DNA of 64,000 nucleotides from Tepidisphaera sp. GTDB taxonomy: Bacteria; Planctomycetota; Phycisphaerae; Phycisphaerales; UBA1924. Below are positions 9,948 through 19,684 of the stretch, in pieces; the first letter of the stretch is position 1, and the number at the start of each line of letters is the position of its first letter. The stretch spans positions 3,264,001-3,328,000 of the forward strand of contig CP051526.1 of the NCBI GenBank assembly GCA_050916045.1. The letters run 5' to 3'. The translations under genes and the position numbers were made by a program. Below the pieces are notes generated by a model. It ran no database searches, was not told the origin of the DNA, and was given only the letters and a program-made list of their open reading frames with translations.

Positions 9948-9975
9948 TTCGACGGCTGAGAACGAACCGAGTTCC
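9948..9975 (-). promoter_or_regulatory. ECF sigma (RpoE-like) promoter candidate
   Basis: GGAACT-N16-GTCGAA upstream of the thioredoxin-fold gene. Confidence 0.5.
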
Positions 9976-10011
9976 ACAATCTCGCACAGCCGATAGGGCT
10001 TTGGTCGGTGC

Positions 10012-10695
10012 TTAGCCGCACCCGCAGCCACTGCCGCAACCGCACGAGCCGGCGGCCTGAACGGCTTGCTCGCGCGGCCCGAGGAACCGCTCGACCTTCG
10101 CGTTGACGAACGCGGCATGATGCTCGAGGTGCCAAGCGTAGTAGACCGCGATGTCGCGCACGCTCTGAGGGCCGCGGGAGGGGTGCATGCCGGTCCGCGC
10201 CAGCTGCGCATCGCTGAGGCTCGCGATCCACATCCCAGACCACTGGCGAAGCACATGGATCGCCGCGACGAACGCTCCGACCACCCCGCCGCCGGCGAGC
10301 CCCTGGCCCACGCCGTAGAGATTCTGATCCACGAACGCGTTCTCGTCCCACTCGGCGAAAACCGGGTTGTCCTCGGCCACAATCCGCCGCATCCGGTGCA
10401 CCGCGACCAGATCCGCATCGGCGATATGGCCGAGCACCACGCGCACAGGCCAGCGGCCTACGCCCACGTCGGGCAGGAACGCCTGATCAAGCTGTTCTTC
10501 CGAAAGCTCGAAAACCCGGCGGTCGAAGTTCTCAACCCCCCGGCGGTACCGGCCCACCAGCTCGGGCAAGCCCATCGCAAAGAACGACTCCACGCTCGGC
10601 ACCGTGCCCAAGCCGGGAATCGACTGCACCGTCTTGCAGCATCCACCGCCCCCGCTCTTGCCTTTCCCGCCGCAGCATCCGCCGTCGCTTCCCAT
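10012..10695 (-). CDS. DinB/YfiT family protein with Cys/Gly-rich termini
   Basis: WPVRVVLGHIAD, WDEN, HPSRG, WHLEHH; AAGGAG SD. Confidence 0.82.
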   Translation of the reverse strand: MGSDGGCCGGKGKSGGGGCCKTVQSIPGLGTVPSVESFFAMGLPELVGRYRRGVENFDRRVFELSEEQLDQAFLPDVGVGRWPVRVVLGHIADADLVAVHRMRRIVAEDNPVFAEWDENAFVDQNLYGVGQGLAGGGVVGAFVAAIHVLRQWSGMWIASLSDAQLARTGMHPSRGPQSVRDIAVYYAWHLEHHAAFVNAKVERFLGPREQAVQAAGSCGCGSGCGCG

Positions 10696-10738
10696 GGAAC
10701 GCTCCTTTGGTGAAGGATAGTCGTCCTAGCATCCACCC

Positions 10739-11113
10739 ATGGCCAGATTTCTCGCGCTCCGCGTCGTGATGATGCCCCGCGACACCAACCACTACGGCAC
10801 CATTTTCGGCGGCGTCATCCTCAGCTACATCGACCAGGCCGGGTTCGTCGAAGCCCAGCGGCACACGCCCCGCAAGTGGGTCACCGTCGCCGTCGACCGC
10901 GTCGAGTTCAAGCAGCCCGTCTACGTCGGCGATGTCGTCAACTTCTACGCCGAAACCACCCGGGAAGGTACGACAAGCGTCACCGTCCGAATCGAGGTCG
11001 AAGCCGAACGCTCAGACTCCGGCGAGGTCGTCCCGGTCACGTCCGCTTCCATCATCCTCGTCTCCGTCGACCCCGACGGAAAGCCGGTACCATTCCGCAA
11101 GCCGTCCGCTTGA
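10739..11113 (+). CDS. Acyl-CoA thioesterase (YciA-like hotdog fold)
   Basis: MPRDTNHYGTIFGGVILSYID, VEFKQPVYVGD. Confidence 0.9.
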   Translation: MARFLALRVVMMPRDTNHYGTIFGGVILSYIDQAGFVEAQRHTPRKWVTVAVDRVEFKQPVYVGDVVNFYAETTREGTTSVTVRIEVEAERSDSGEVVPVTSASIILVSVDPDGKPVPFRKPSA

Positions 11114-11137
11114 CCCCCCTCGGAGCACGCGCCCGCC

Positions 11138-11488
11138 ATGTCTTCCTCTTCCTTCGTCAACACCAGCATCGTCGGCGGCGCCCTTGTCGGTCGGCTCGAC
11201 CGAGAGAAGATCGGCGAATACGAATCCCCTGTTGTCCGCGGCGAGATCGAAGCCGCCGCGCCCCAAGCCGGATGGAAGGTCGTTCTCGACCTTTCCGAGG
11301 TCCGCATGGTCGCCTCCGCCGGACTGGGGCTCTTCGTCACCCTCAACAAGATCTGCAAGGACAAGGGCGGAAAGTTCGCCATCTGCAACCTCGACGACAC
11401 CCTGACGCAGGTCTTCGAGATGACCAAGCTGCATCGCGTCATGACGATCGCCCCGTCGACCGAAGCCGCGGTCAAAGCCGTTTCCTGA
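11138..11488 (+). CDS. STAS-domain anti-sigma-factor antagonist
   Basis: VVLDLSEVRMVASAGLG, VFEMTKL. Confidence 0.85.
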   Translation: MSSSSFVNTSIVGGALVGRLDREKIGEYESPVVRGEIEAAAPQAGWKVVLDLSEVRMVASAGLGLFVTLNKICKDKGGKFAICNLDDTLTQVFEMTKLHRVMTIAPSTEAAVKAVS

Positions 11489-11528
11489 GCTTCCGCCAAG
11501 ACTTCGCAGAGTTTCCGCCGAGATTCCC

Positions 11529-12131
11529 ATGCCGACAGCCGCGCGGCTCCTCATCATGCTCTCCGGTGGCGGGCGAACGATGCTCAACATCGTCGATTCG
11601 ATCCGCGCGGGCTCGCTTCGGGCAGAGGTCGCCGCCATCGTCGTCTCGCGTGAATGCCCCGGTGCCCAGGCCGCTCGCAACCTCGGATTTCCCGTCGAGG
11701 TGGTGCCGGGTGAGATCCCCGCCGAAAGCCTCGACCAGATCGCACGTCGCCACCGCGCCGATTGGATCGTCCTCGCCGGTTACCTCCGGCGGGTGCACAT
11801 CCCCCCCGATTTCGCCGGACGCGTCATCAACATCCACCCCGCTCTGCTTCCCAAGTTCGGTGGGCCGGGCATGTACGGACGCTTCGTCCACGAAGCCGTC
11901 CTCAAGGCCGGCGAGACCGAGTCCGGATGCACCGTCCATCTGTGCGATGGGGAATACGACCGCGGGCGCATCGTGCTCCAAGCTCGCTGCCCTGTGCTTC
12001 CTGGAGACACCCCGGAAACCCTCGCCGCGCGGGTCTTCGAAGCTGAGTGTCGAACCTTTCCGCAAGCTCTGCGAATCGTGCTCTCGGAAACACACCCGCC
12101 CTTCCCGGCGGATTCGAGGAACCCCGCATGA
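11529..12131 (+). CDS. purN: Phosphoribosylglycinamide formyltransferase
   Basis: LSGGGRT, LAGY, INIHPALLPKFGG, ESGCTVH, YDRG. Confidence 0.93.
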   Translation: MPTAARLLIMLSGGGRTMLNIVDSIRAGSLRAEVAAIVVSRECPGAQAARNLGFPVEVVPGEIPAESLDQIARRHRADWIVLAGYLRRVHIPPDFAGRVINIHPALLPKFGGPGMYGRFVHEAVLKAGETESGCTVHLCDGEYDRGRIVLQARCPVLPGDTPETLAARVFEAECRTFPQALRIVLSETHPPFPADSRNPA

Positions 12132-13717
12132 ACCCCCGCCGCGCCGCATTCGCCCTTCTGATGACGGTGGCGGCGGGCGCGCGGGCGCAGCCGAAAGACA
12201 AACCTTCGGAACCCACCCCGAGCCAGCCCGGGGAAAGGGCACCCGCGTCCAAGCCGGCCAAACCCGCCGAAGGCACCACCGACCCCGTCGCTCTCGCCAA
12301 CGACACGATGCGCGCGATCGCCGCTCGCGATTGGCCGAAAGCCGAAGCTCTGCTCCAGAAGCAGGTCGAACTCGGGCAGGGACGCTTCGTCCCCTACTAC
12401 AACCTCGCGTGCGTGAAAGCCGTTCAGGGCCAGAAGGACGCGGCGGTCGAATGGCTTCTCCGCGCGATCGAGCGTGGATTTTCCGACATCCGTCAGATCC
12501 GTCGCGATTCGTACCTGGCTTCCATCCGACAAGAGCCTGGCTTTCGCGCGATCGTCGACAACTGGCCGAAGTTTCTCGAGAAGCGGATCGAGCGGGACGT
12601 CGCCGAACTGCGCGAGACGATCGACCAGAAACTCGACGAGCGACGTGATCCGGCGCTCCGGCTCGTCTACCTCACGGCATCGTCGGAATCGACGACCAAG
12701 CAGGTCCGCGAGGAGATCGAGCGCGTCGCCGAATGGTGCGAGAACGGGATCTTCAAGGGCCTGATGACCGACGCGGCTTCCGCGGAGGACGCGTGGGTGT
12801 CAATCGTCGTGCCGACGCGCGAGAGCTTTCTCCGCTGGTCGCTGATTGAGTACGGCCCGGCCGCGAACTCGGGGTTCTCGATGATCGGCGGCCAGTACTC
12901 GCACGACGAGAAGCGGCTGATCTCGATGGACTCAGGGTCTTCGCTTCGCCATGAGTTCTTCCACGTGCTCCACTGGCGCGACATGGGCCGCCGCGGACAG
13001 ATCCACCCCATCTATATCCAGGAGGGCCTCGCCGCCGTCGTCGAGGACTACGACCTTGTGCCCGACGAAGCCAAGCCCGGCTCCAAGAAGGTCGTGATGG
13101 TCGGCTCATGGCGCACCAATGTCGCCAAGCGGCGGGAACGCCGCGGCTCGCTGATCACCATCGACACGCTCGCCGGTCTCACGCACGAGAAGTTCATGGG
13201 CGAGCAGCCCCTCGCCAAGTACGCGTGCGCCCGAACGCTCTTCCTCTGGCTTGACCAGCAGGGCAAGCTCGTCGAGTGGTACAAGCACTACACCGAGAAC
13301 TACGACAAGGACCCCACCGGACTCAAGAGCTTCGAAGCCGTGCTCGGCGCCGACATTCCCGAACTCAACAAACGCTGGAAAGCATGGATCCGCGCGTTCC
13401 CCGAGGTCCCGGAGGAGATTCTCTCCGGCATGGCAAGCCTGGGCGTGCAGATCGAAGCCCAGGGCGGCGACGGCGTCGCCGTCTTCGCGATTTCCGTCCC
13501 CCCAGGCCACCGCGGCCGCAGACCCGAGATCCTCAAGGGCGAAGAGGGTGAGCTCCGCGTCGGTGACATCATCCGGTCCATCAACGGCAAACCGACCCGC
13601 GACATGGCCGAACTCGTCCGCGTCCTCAGCGGGTTTGATCCCGGAGAGATCGTGACCGTCGAGGTCCGCCGTGGAAGAGCGGTCGTCGACGTCAAAATCA
13701 AACTCCAGAAGAAGTAA
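12128..13717 (+). CDS. Secreted TPR + HExxH metallopeptidase-like + PDZ protein
   Basis: Signal peptide, YYNLAC TPR, HEFFH..IQEGLA gluzincin-like motif, LRVGDIIRSING PDZ. Confidence 0.75.
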   Translation: MNPRRAAFALLMTVAAGARAQPKDKPSEPTPSQPGERAPASKPAKPAEGTTDPVALANDTMRAIAARDWPKAEALLQKQVELGQGRFVPYYNLACVKAVQGQKDAAVEWLLRAIERGFSDIRQIRRDSYLASIRQEPGFRAIVDNWPKFLEKRIERDVAELRETIDQKLDERRDPALRLVYLTASSESTTKQVREEIERVAEWCENGIFKGLMTDAASAEDAWVSIVVPTRESFLRWSLIEYGPAANSGFSMIGGQYSHDEKRLISMDSGSSLRHEFFHVLHWRDMGRRGQIHPIYIQEGLAAVVEDYDLVPDEAKPGSKKVVMVGSWRTNVAKRRERRGSLITIDTLAGLTHEKFMGEQPLAKYACARTLFLWLDQQGKLVEWYKHYTENYDKDPTGLKSFEAVLGADIPELNKRWKAWIRAFPEVPEEILSGMASLGVQIEAQGGDGVAVFAISVPPGHRGRRPEILKGEEGELRVGDIIRSINGKPTRDMAELVRVLSGFDPGEIVTVEVRRGRAVVDVKIKLQKK

Positions 13718-13761
13718 GCACCCGCCGACGGCCTCCCGCGCCCGCTCTAGAATCCGCCCGC

Positions 13762-15531
13762 ATGAACCCCACCGCAAGCCCGATCGATCAGGCCCGCCAG
13801 TTGCTGGACGCGGGCGACTTCGCCGGCGCCAGCGCCGCGTGGCAGCGGGCCACCCGCGGCGGCAAAAACACCTTCGAATCCGACGTCCTCGGCTCGCGAG
13901 TCCAGCTCGCCCTGTCCAACACCGTGCAGGCCCGGTTCCTCGCCCAGCGGGCCGCCGACTCCGCCGGAAGCGACGCCCGTCGCCTCGTTTCCGCCGCTGG
14001 TGCGCTCGCCGCCGCCGGAATGTACGAGGAAGGCTCGGCCGTCTACCGCAAAGCCGTCAAGCTCGCGCCAAGCGACGCCGGCGCTGCCGCGTGCCTCATC
14101 GGAACGCTCTTCCGCGCCGGACGCTACGACGAAACCCTCGCCCAAGCCGCCGAGTTCTCAAAGCTCCACCCCGCCAGCGCTGAAGTCGCTCTCAACCACT
14201 CCTCGATCCTCACCTACTTCGGCAGGCTCGATGAAGCGGCCGACGTTCTCCGCAAAGCGATCGCCGCCAACCCCGACTTCGTCGCCGGCCGCAGCAACCT
14301 GTGCATGCTGATGAACTACCTCTCGGGCGATCCGGCCGAACTGCTCGCCGTCCACCGCGAGTACGGCACCATGCTCGAACGCGTGCACACGCCGCAGATC
14401 CCCCCCTACCCCGCGACGCGCGATCCAAACCGCCCCATCCGCCTCGGTGTCGTCTCGGGAGACCTCCGCCGCGGTTCGGTGATGTCGTTCTTCGAGCCCC
14501 TCCTCCGCGAATTGGACCGTTCGCGCATCGAGACCTTCGTCTACAGCCTCAACCCCACTTCCGACGCCGTCACCGCGCGTCTCAAAGCCAGCGCCGCGGC
14601 CTGGAAAAACGTCGGCGACCACGCGCCCGTCGCCCTCGCCCAGATGATCTTCGCCGACCGCATCGACATCCTCCTCGATCTCGGCGGGCACACCGCGTAC
14701 AACCGGCTTCCGGTCTTCCATCTGCGGCCGGCCCCCGTGCAGGTCACCTACCTCGCGTACCCCTGCACCACCGGCCTCAACAGCATCGACTACCGAGTCG
14801 TCGACGCACTGACCGACCCGCCCGGCGTCGCGGATGCGTTCGCGACCGAGCGACTCATCCGGCTCGATGGGTCCTTCCTCGCGTTCGAGCCCGCGGCGGA
14901 CAGCCCGCCCGTGCGAACCGCTCGACCTGGTGGCCCATTCGTCTTCGGCTCCTTCAACAACGCGTTCAAGCTGCACCCCTCCACCCTCGACGCCTGGGCC
15001 GCGATTCTCACCCGCACGCCGGATTCGATCCTGATCGTCAAAAGCCAGGGCCTCGACCATCCGTCCATGCGGCAAGCTTTCCTCTCCCGTCTCGCCGAAC
15101 GGGGCATCGACGCTTCCCGCGTCGAAATCTGCGGGTTCATCAAGACCTACCAGGAACACCTGGCTCTCTACAACCGCGTGGACCTCGCACTCGACACGTT
15201 CCCCTACCACGGAACGACGACAACGTGCGAATCGCTCTGGATGGGCGTCCCGGTGCTCACCGTGGCCGGTTCCTGCCACGCGGCTCGCGTGGGCGTCTCG
15301 ATCCTGAGCAACGTCGGCCTCGAAAGCCTCATCGCCCGGTCGCCCGAGGAGTACGTCGCGCTCGCCGAAGCCCTCGCCAAGGACCCGGCCCGACTCGAGC
15401 TGGCGCGTTCCGGCCTCCGTGAACGCATGTCGAGTTCGCCGCTCTGCGACGCCCGAGGACTGGCCCGCCGGTTCGAAGCCGCCCTGCGCGACATGTGGAC
15501 CCGCTGGTGCGGTGGCAAGCCGACGACCTGA
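13762..15531 (+). CDS. TPR-containing GT41 (SPINDLY/OGT-like) glycosyltransferase
   Basis: TPRs, RLGVVSGDL, IDILLDLGGHT, PAPVQVTYLAYP, FGSFNN, DTFPYHGTTTTCESLWMGVPV. Confidence 0.9.
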   Translation: MNPTASPIDQARQLLDAGDFAGASAAWQRATRGGKNTFESDVLGSRVQLALSNTVQARFLAQRAADSAGSDARRLVSAAGALAAAGMYEEGSAVYRKAVKLAPSDAGAAACLIGTLFRAGRYDETLAQAAEFSKLHPASAEVALNHSSILTYFGRLDEAADVLRKAIAANPDFVAGRSNLCMLMNYLSGDPAELLAVHREYGTMLERVHTPQIPPYPATRDPNRPIRLGVVSGDLRRGSVMSFFEPLLRELDRSRIETFVYSLNPTSDAVTARLKASAAAWKNVGDHAPVALAQMIFADRIDILLDLGGHTAYNRLPVFHLRPAPVQVTYLAYPCTTGLNSIDYRVVDALTDPPGVADAFATERLIRLDGSFLAFEPAADSPPVRTARPGGPFVFGSFNNAFKLHPSTLDAWAAILTRTPDSILIVKSQGLDHPSMRQAFLSRLAERGIDASRVEICGFIKTYQEHLALYNRVDLALDTFPYHGTTTTCESLWMGVPVLTVAGSCHAARVGVSILSNVGLESLIARSPEEYVALAEALAKDPARLELARSGLRERMSSSPLCDARGLARRFEAALRDMWTRWCGGKPTT

Positions 15532-15773
15532 ACGGACGTCTCGACGATTGTCTGCACGAACCGTCTGGACGACGGCAGCCGCCTTGCGGCGAGCGGAAAG
15601 CCCCTCGGTCCCCACAACAGGCCTCCTGAGGAACCTCTCTCTTCCGACTCGATCGCGGCGACGAGCCGGACTCGGCGGCGATCCGCTCCCGCTTGCGACG
15701 CAGAGGGGATCGCCCGCTCGGGAAATGGGGCGACCTTCGCCGGCGAAGAGGCGCTTCGTGGCGCAAACGGGAC

Positions 15774-15810
15774 AAAAAAGACACGACCCCGCGATGAAGC
15801 GGGGTCGTGC
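15774..15810 (-). terminator. Intrinsic terminator of PEP-CTERM gene
   Basis: CACGACCCCGC/GCGGGGTCGTG stem followed by TCTTTTTT on the minus strand. Confidence 0.8.
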
Positions 15811-15901
15811 GAGTCTCGAGAACTCAGCAGACAGGGGGGTGTGAGGGAGCCCCTTGATGCTGACACCGGAAACCTCTTGTGAGGCCTCTCAGTGATTCAA
15901 C

Positions 15902-16576
15902 TTAGCGGCGGCGGCGGCCGGCAACCAGACCGCCGAGCCCGACGAGGGCGAGGGTGGCCGGGGTGGGGACGACGTTGATCGAGGCGCCGTTCAGGATCGT
16001 GCCCTGAACCTGCGTGCCGCGGGTCGCGCTGGAGGACGTGTGGATCGTGGACACGCCACGGACGAGGTCGCCGAGGGCGAGGCCGATGGAGCGGTTGAAG
16101 CCCGCACCAACCGTCACGTCGAAGGCGAAGGCCAGACGGGCCTGGGAAGCGTCAGCGTAGCCGGCGCCAGCGGAGCTGGGGTCGCGCTGCGAGAACACCA
16201 TGCCAGCGGCCGTGTTCGAGTTGCCAGCGTCGGAAGCGGCGTCAATCCGGAAACCGTTGGCCGTCGCGAAGATCGCGTTGGTCACGGCGCCGAAGTTGAA
16301 CGGAGCGACGCGGCCGGTGGACGTGCCAGCGGCGAAGGCAGCCGTGTCACCAGCGGTGCCGGTGGCCGTGAGGGCCGTGATGCTCGCACCACCGAAGCCG
16401 TAGCCGTCGTTGGTCGCGACAAAGATCGCGCACTTGACGACGCTGCCGGGGATGGCGTTGACCGAGCTGGACCAGGTCGCGCCACCGTCGTTCGAAACGA
16501 GCACGCTAATGCTGGTCTCAGCGTTCGCGCCAGCAGCCATACCAACAACCGCGAGAATACCACAAATCTTCGTCAT
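15902..16576 (-). CDS. PEP-CTERM-type exosortase-sorted surface protein
   Basis: Signal peptide; C-terminus VPTPATLALVGLGGLVAGRRRR. Confidence 0.9.
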   Translation of the reverse strand: MTKICGILAVVGMAAGANAETSISVLVSNDGGATWSSSVNAIPGSVVKCAIFVATNDGYGFGGASITALTATGTAGDTAAFAAGTSTGRVAPFNFGAVTNAIFATANGFRIDAASDAGNSNTAAGMVFSQRDPSSAGAGYADASQARLAFAFDVTVGAGFNRSIGLALGDLVRGVSTIHTSSSATRGTQVQGTILNGASINVVPTPATLALVGLGGLVAGRRRR

Positions 16577-16642
16577 GTCTTGCTCCCTTACGAATCTCTC
16601 CAGTCCGCTGAGTCCTCCTCCGGACCCAACGCTGATGAGGTC

Positions 16643-16670
16643 AGTGTATCACAAATCTCAGGTTCTGCAA
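16643..16670 (-). promoter_or_regulatory. Sigma70-type promoter of PEP-CTERM gene
   Basis: TTGCAG-N16-TACACT with TGn extended -10 and AT-rich upstream region. Confidence 0.6.
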
Positions 16671-16840
16671 GGTAATTTTCCAAGTTGACGCAATTTATTT
16701 TCGCGCAAGAGCCGCGCAAAGATCGCCATTTTAGGGGATCTGAGTGCCGCAGTATGCCTGTCTTGGATGTAAGCCACCCACTACCGAGAAGAGGAATCTT
16801 CCCGGTGCCGCCACGTCTCAAGAATGCTTGCCTGAAGTGG

Positions 16841-17689
16841 TTACGAACGGAACCAAGACGCGATCGCGTGCACCGTGGCCGCACGGCCCATGGATCCGAT
16901 CGATTCCGTCAGCGGGATGTGCTTGGGGCACACCTTGACGCAGTTCTGGGCGTTTCCGCAGTCGTCGACGCCGCCGGGGCCCATGAGGGCTTCCAGGCGT
17001 TCGGATTTCAGCTGGGAACCCGTCTCGTGCATGTTGAACAGGCGGGCCTGGCTGATCGCCTGCGCACCAATAAAGGAAGAGTCCCACTTGGCCGGGTCGG
17101 GTTCGACGTTGTACTGGGGGCAGGCTTCGAGGCAGCAGCCGCAGGTCATGCACTCGGAGAGCTTGTACCGCGTCTCCTGGTTCTTGGGCTTCTCGCGCGG
17201 GCCGGCGCCGAGGTAGTACGTCCCGTCGATGGGCACCCAGGCTTTCACACGCGTCAGCGCGTTGAACATCCGGGAGCGGTCCACCCACAGATCTCGGATG
17301 ACGGGGAACTTGCTCATGGGTTCCAGCGAGATTTCATCCCCGTCGCCCGGCGCGTAGTCGTCCATGAGGCAGGAGCAGCTCTGGCGGACCTTGCCGTTGA
17401 TGACCATGGTGCACGCGCCGCACACCTCTTCGAGACATCCCGAGTCCCAGACCACGGGCGTGGTCTTGGTCCCTTCGACCGTGACCGGGCTCGCCGCGAT
17501 CTGCTGAAGCACGGAGATCACGTTGGCTCCGCGGTCGACCTTCACGCTGAAGGTCTCCCATCGCGAGTCTTTGCCGGGACCGTCGCAGCGTTTGACCTTG
17601 ACGCGGATCGTCCGGCCGGGCTTGGCGGAGGCGCGACGGGCAGCGGCGAGGTCGGCGGCGTTGGTGGATGCGGGCGAGAAGGTAAGCAT
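16841..17689 (-). CDS. sdhB: Succinate dehydrogenase iron-sulfur subunit
   Basis: CLEEVCGAC, CMTCGCCLEACP, CGNAQNCVKVCP. Confidence 0.96.
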   Translation of the reverse strand: MLTFSPASTNAADLAAARRASAKPGRTIRVKVKRCDGPGKDSRWETFSVKVDRGANVISVLQQIAASPVTVEGTKTTPVVWDSGCLEEVCGACTMVINGKVRQSCSCLMDDYAPGDGDEISLEPMSKFPVIRDLWVDRSRMFNALTRVKAWVPIDGTYYLGAGPREKPKNQETRYKLSECMTCGCCLEACPQYNVEPDPAKWDSSFIGAQAISQARLFNMHETGSQLKSERLEALMGPGGVDDCGNAQNCVKVCPKHIPLTESIGSMGRAATVHAIASWFRS

Positions 17690-17707
17690 GGCGGGTTCTC
17701 GTCTTTC

Positions 17708-19684
17708 TCAAACGTGGGCGGGAGCGGGAGAGCTTGCAACCGGAGCGGGTCCGTCCTTCTTGCTTTCGGTCTTGCCGTACGTGCGGGCCGTCGGCTTGAT
17801 GAGGCTCGCGTCGATGGAAGCAAACGAGATCGAAACGCTGTCGGAAGCCGCGTCGTACTTGGCGAGCGTGGTCTTCATGAAGTTGGCATCGTCGCGCTCG
17901 GTGTAGTCGGTGCGGTAGTGGGCGCCGCGGCTTTCCCTCCGCTCCAGCGACCCCTTCGCGATCGCTTCGGCGACGATGAGCATGTCGCCGACCGAGCGGG
18001 TGTATCCGACGGTCTGGTTCGTCCACGCGGCCGAGTCCTGAACGGAGACGCGCCTGAAGCGATCCTTCAGTTCAGCGAGCTTGTTCAAGCACTGCTTGAG
18101 GCGGGCTTCGCTCTTGACGACGGTACACGCGGTCGTCATCTCGTCGCCGAGTTCCTTGTGGATGACGTATGGATTTGTCGAAGCGTCGCCGGCGCGGCCG
18201 GAAGTGTCCACGAGCTGCTTGTAGCGGGCTTCCTCGCTGCGGACAGCCTGCTCGTACGCGGCCGGGGCAAGCGACTCGGACGGAGCTTTCTTCGCCGGAC
18301 CGTCCTTGATGTAGTTCGCGACCGAGACGCCGCAGAAGAGGCCGTCGAAGAGGCACGAGAGGAGCGCGTTGGCGCCGAGGCGGTTGGCTCCGTGGTAGGC
18401 GAAGTTCACCTCGCCGAAAGCGTACAGGCCTGGGATGTTGGTGCTCGCGTTCGCGAACTCGCCGAGAGCCATCCCCTGGCCGACATCCGCGTTCTCAAGC
18501 GGGGAGGCGGAGCCGGACTTGTGCTTGGTGCGTGCGTCGGTCGGGTTGTACCGGCCCTTGGCGAAAGTGGTGTACAAGCCGCCCATGCTGTAGTGCACGG
18601 CGGGGAAGATCTTCATCGGGTTGGTGTACGGATCCTCGCCGGCGAACTTGCTGTAGATCTCGAGGATGCCCTCGAGCTTCTTCTGCAGGTATTCCTTGGG
18701 CTTATGCGTGAGGTCGAGGTAGACGGAGTTCTCGCCGTTGACGCCCATGCCGTCATCGACGCAGACGCTGAAGATCTCGCGGGTCGCGATGTCGCGCGGC
18801 ACGATGTTGCCGTACGCGGGGTAGCGTTCCTCGAGGAAGTAGTACCGCTCAGCTTCCGGGATGTCCTTCGGACGACGGGTTTCGCCCTTCTTGCGAGGGA
18901 CCCACACGCGGCCACCCTCGCCGCGGGCCGATTCGGACATCAGGCGGAGTTTGTCCGCTCCGGGAATAGCGGTCGGGTGGACCTGGATCATCTCGGGGTT
19001 GCCGTACCACGCGCCGGCTTGGAAGCAGCGGGCCGCGGCGGCTCCGGTGCAGATGATCGAGTTGGTGCTCTTGCCGTAGACCAAGCCGCAGCCGCCAGTC
19101 GCCATCACGACCGCATCAGCGCGGAACGCCCGGATCTGCATCGTCCGCATGTCCTGCGCGACGATGCCCACGCAGCGACCGTCCTCGACGACCGGCCGGA
19201 GGAACTCCCACGCTTCATACTTGGTGACCTTGCCTTCGCTCTCGAACCGGCGGGTCTGCTCATCCAAAGCGTACAAAAGCTGCTGCCCCGTGGTCGCGCC
19301 CGCGAAGTGCGTCCGCTTAAAGAGCGAACCGCCGAAAAGGCGCAGGTCGCGGAACCCCTCGCTCGTCCGGTTGAAGGGCACGCCCATCCGGTCCAGAAGA
19401 TCGATGATCTTCGGAGCCCAGTTGGCCATCTCGAGCACCGGGTGCTGATCCGCGAGGAAGTCGCCGCCATAGATCGTCTCGTCGAAGTGTTCGTACTCCG
19501 AGTACCCCTGCTGGCGAGCCACGTCGTTGCACGCGTTGATCCCGCCTTGGGCGCACACGGAGTGCGAACGCTTCACCGGAACGATCGAGAAAAGGTCGAC
19601 GGCGATGCCCGCTTCGGCGAGCCGGACCGATCCGGCGAGCCCGGCGAGCCCTCCCCCGACGACGATGACGCGCTGCTGTGCCAT
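17708..19684 (-). CDS. sdhA: Succinate dehydrogenase flavoprotein subunit
   Basis: VVGGGLAG, RSHSVCAQGG flavinylation site, QVHPT, HYSMGG, HGANRLGANAL, ESRGAH. Confidence 0.96.
   Translation of the reverse strand: MAQQRVIVVGGGLAGLAGSVRLAEAGIAVDLFSIVPVKRSHSVCAQGGINACNDVARQQGYSEYEHFDETIYGGDFLADQHPVLEMANWAPKIIDLLDRMGVPFNRTSEGFRDLRLFGGSLFKRTHFAGATTGQQLLYALDEQTRRFESEGKVTKYEAWEFLRPVVEDGRCVGIVAQDMRTMQIRAFRADAVVMATGGCGLVYGKSTNSIICTGAAAARCFQAGAWYGNPEMIQVHPTAIPGADKLRLMSESARGEGGRVWVPRKKGETRRPKDIPEAERYYFLEERYPAYGNIVPRDIATREIFSVCVDDGMGVNGENSVYLDLTHKPKEYLQKKLEGILEIYSKFAGEDPYTNPMKIFPAVHYSMGGLYTTFAKGRYNPTDARTKHKSGSASPLENADVGQGMALGEFANASTNIPGLYAFGEVNFAYHGANRLGANALLSCLFDGLFCGVSVANYIKDGPAKKAPSESLAPAAYEQAVRSEEARYKQLVDTSGRAGDASTNPYVIHKELGDEMTTACTVVKSEARLKQCLNKLAELKDRFRRVSVQDSAAWTNQTVGYTRSVGDMLIVAEAIAKGSLERRESRGAHYRTDYTERDDANFMKTTLAKYDAASDSVSISFASIDASLIKPTARTYGKTESKKDGPAPVASSPAPAHV

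Noticed and set aside
13762..16576. GT41 enzyme glycosylating the adjacent PEP-CTERM protein
   Set aside because: Genes are convergent and separately terminated; only adjacency supports the link
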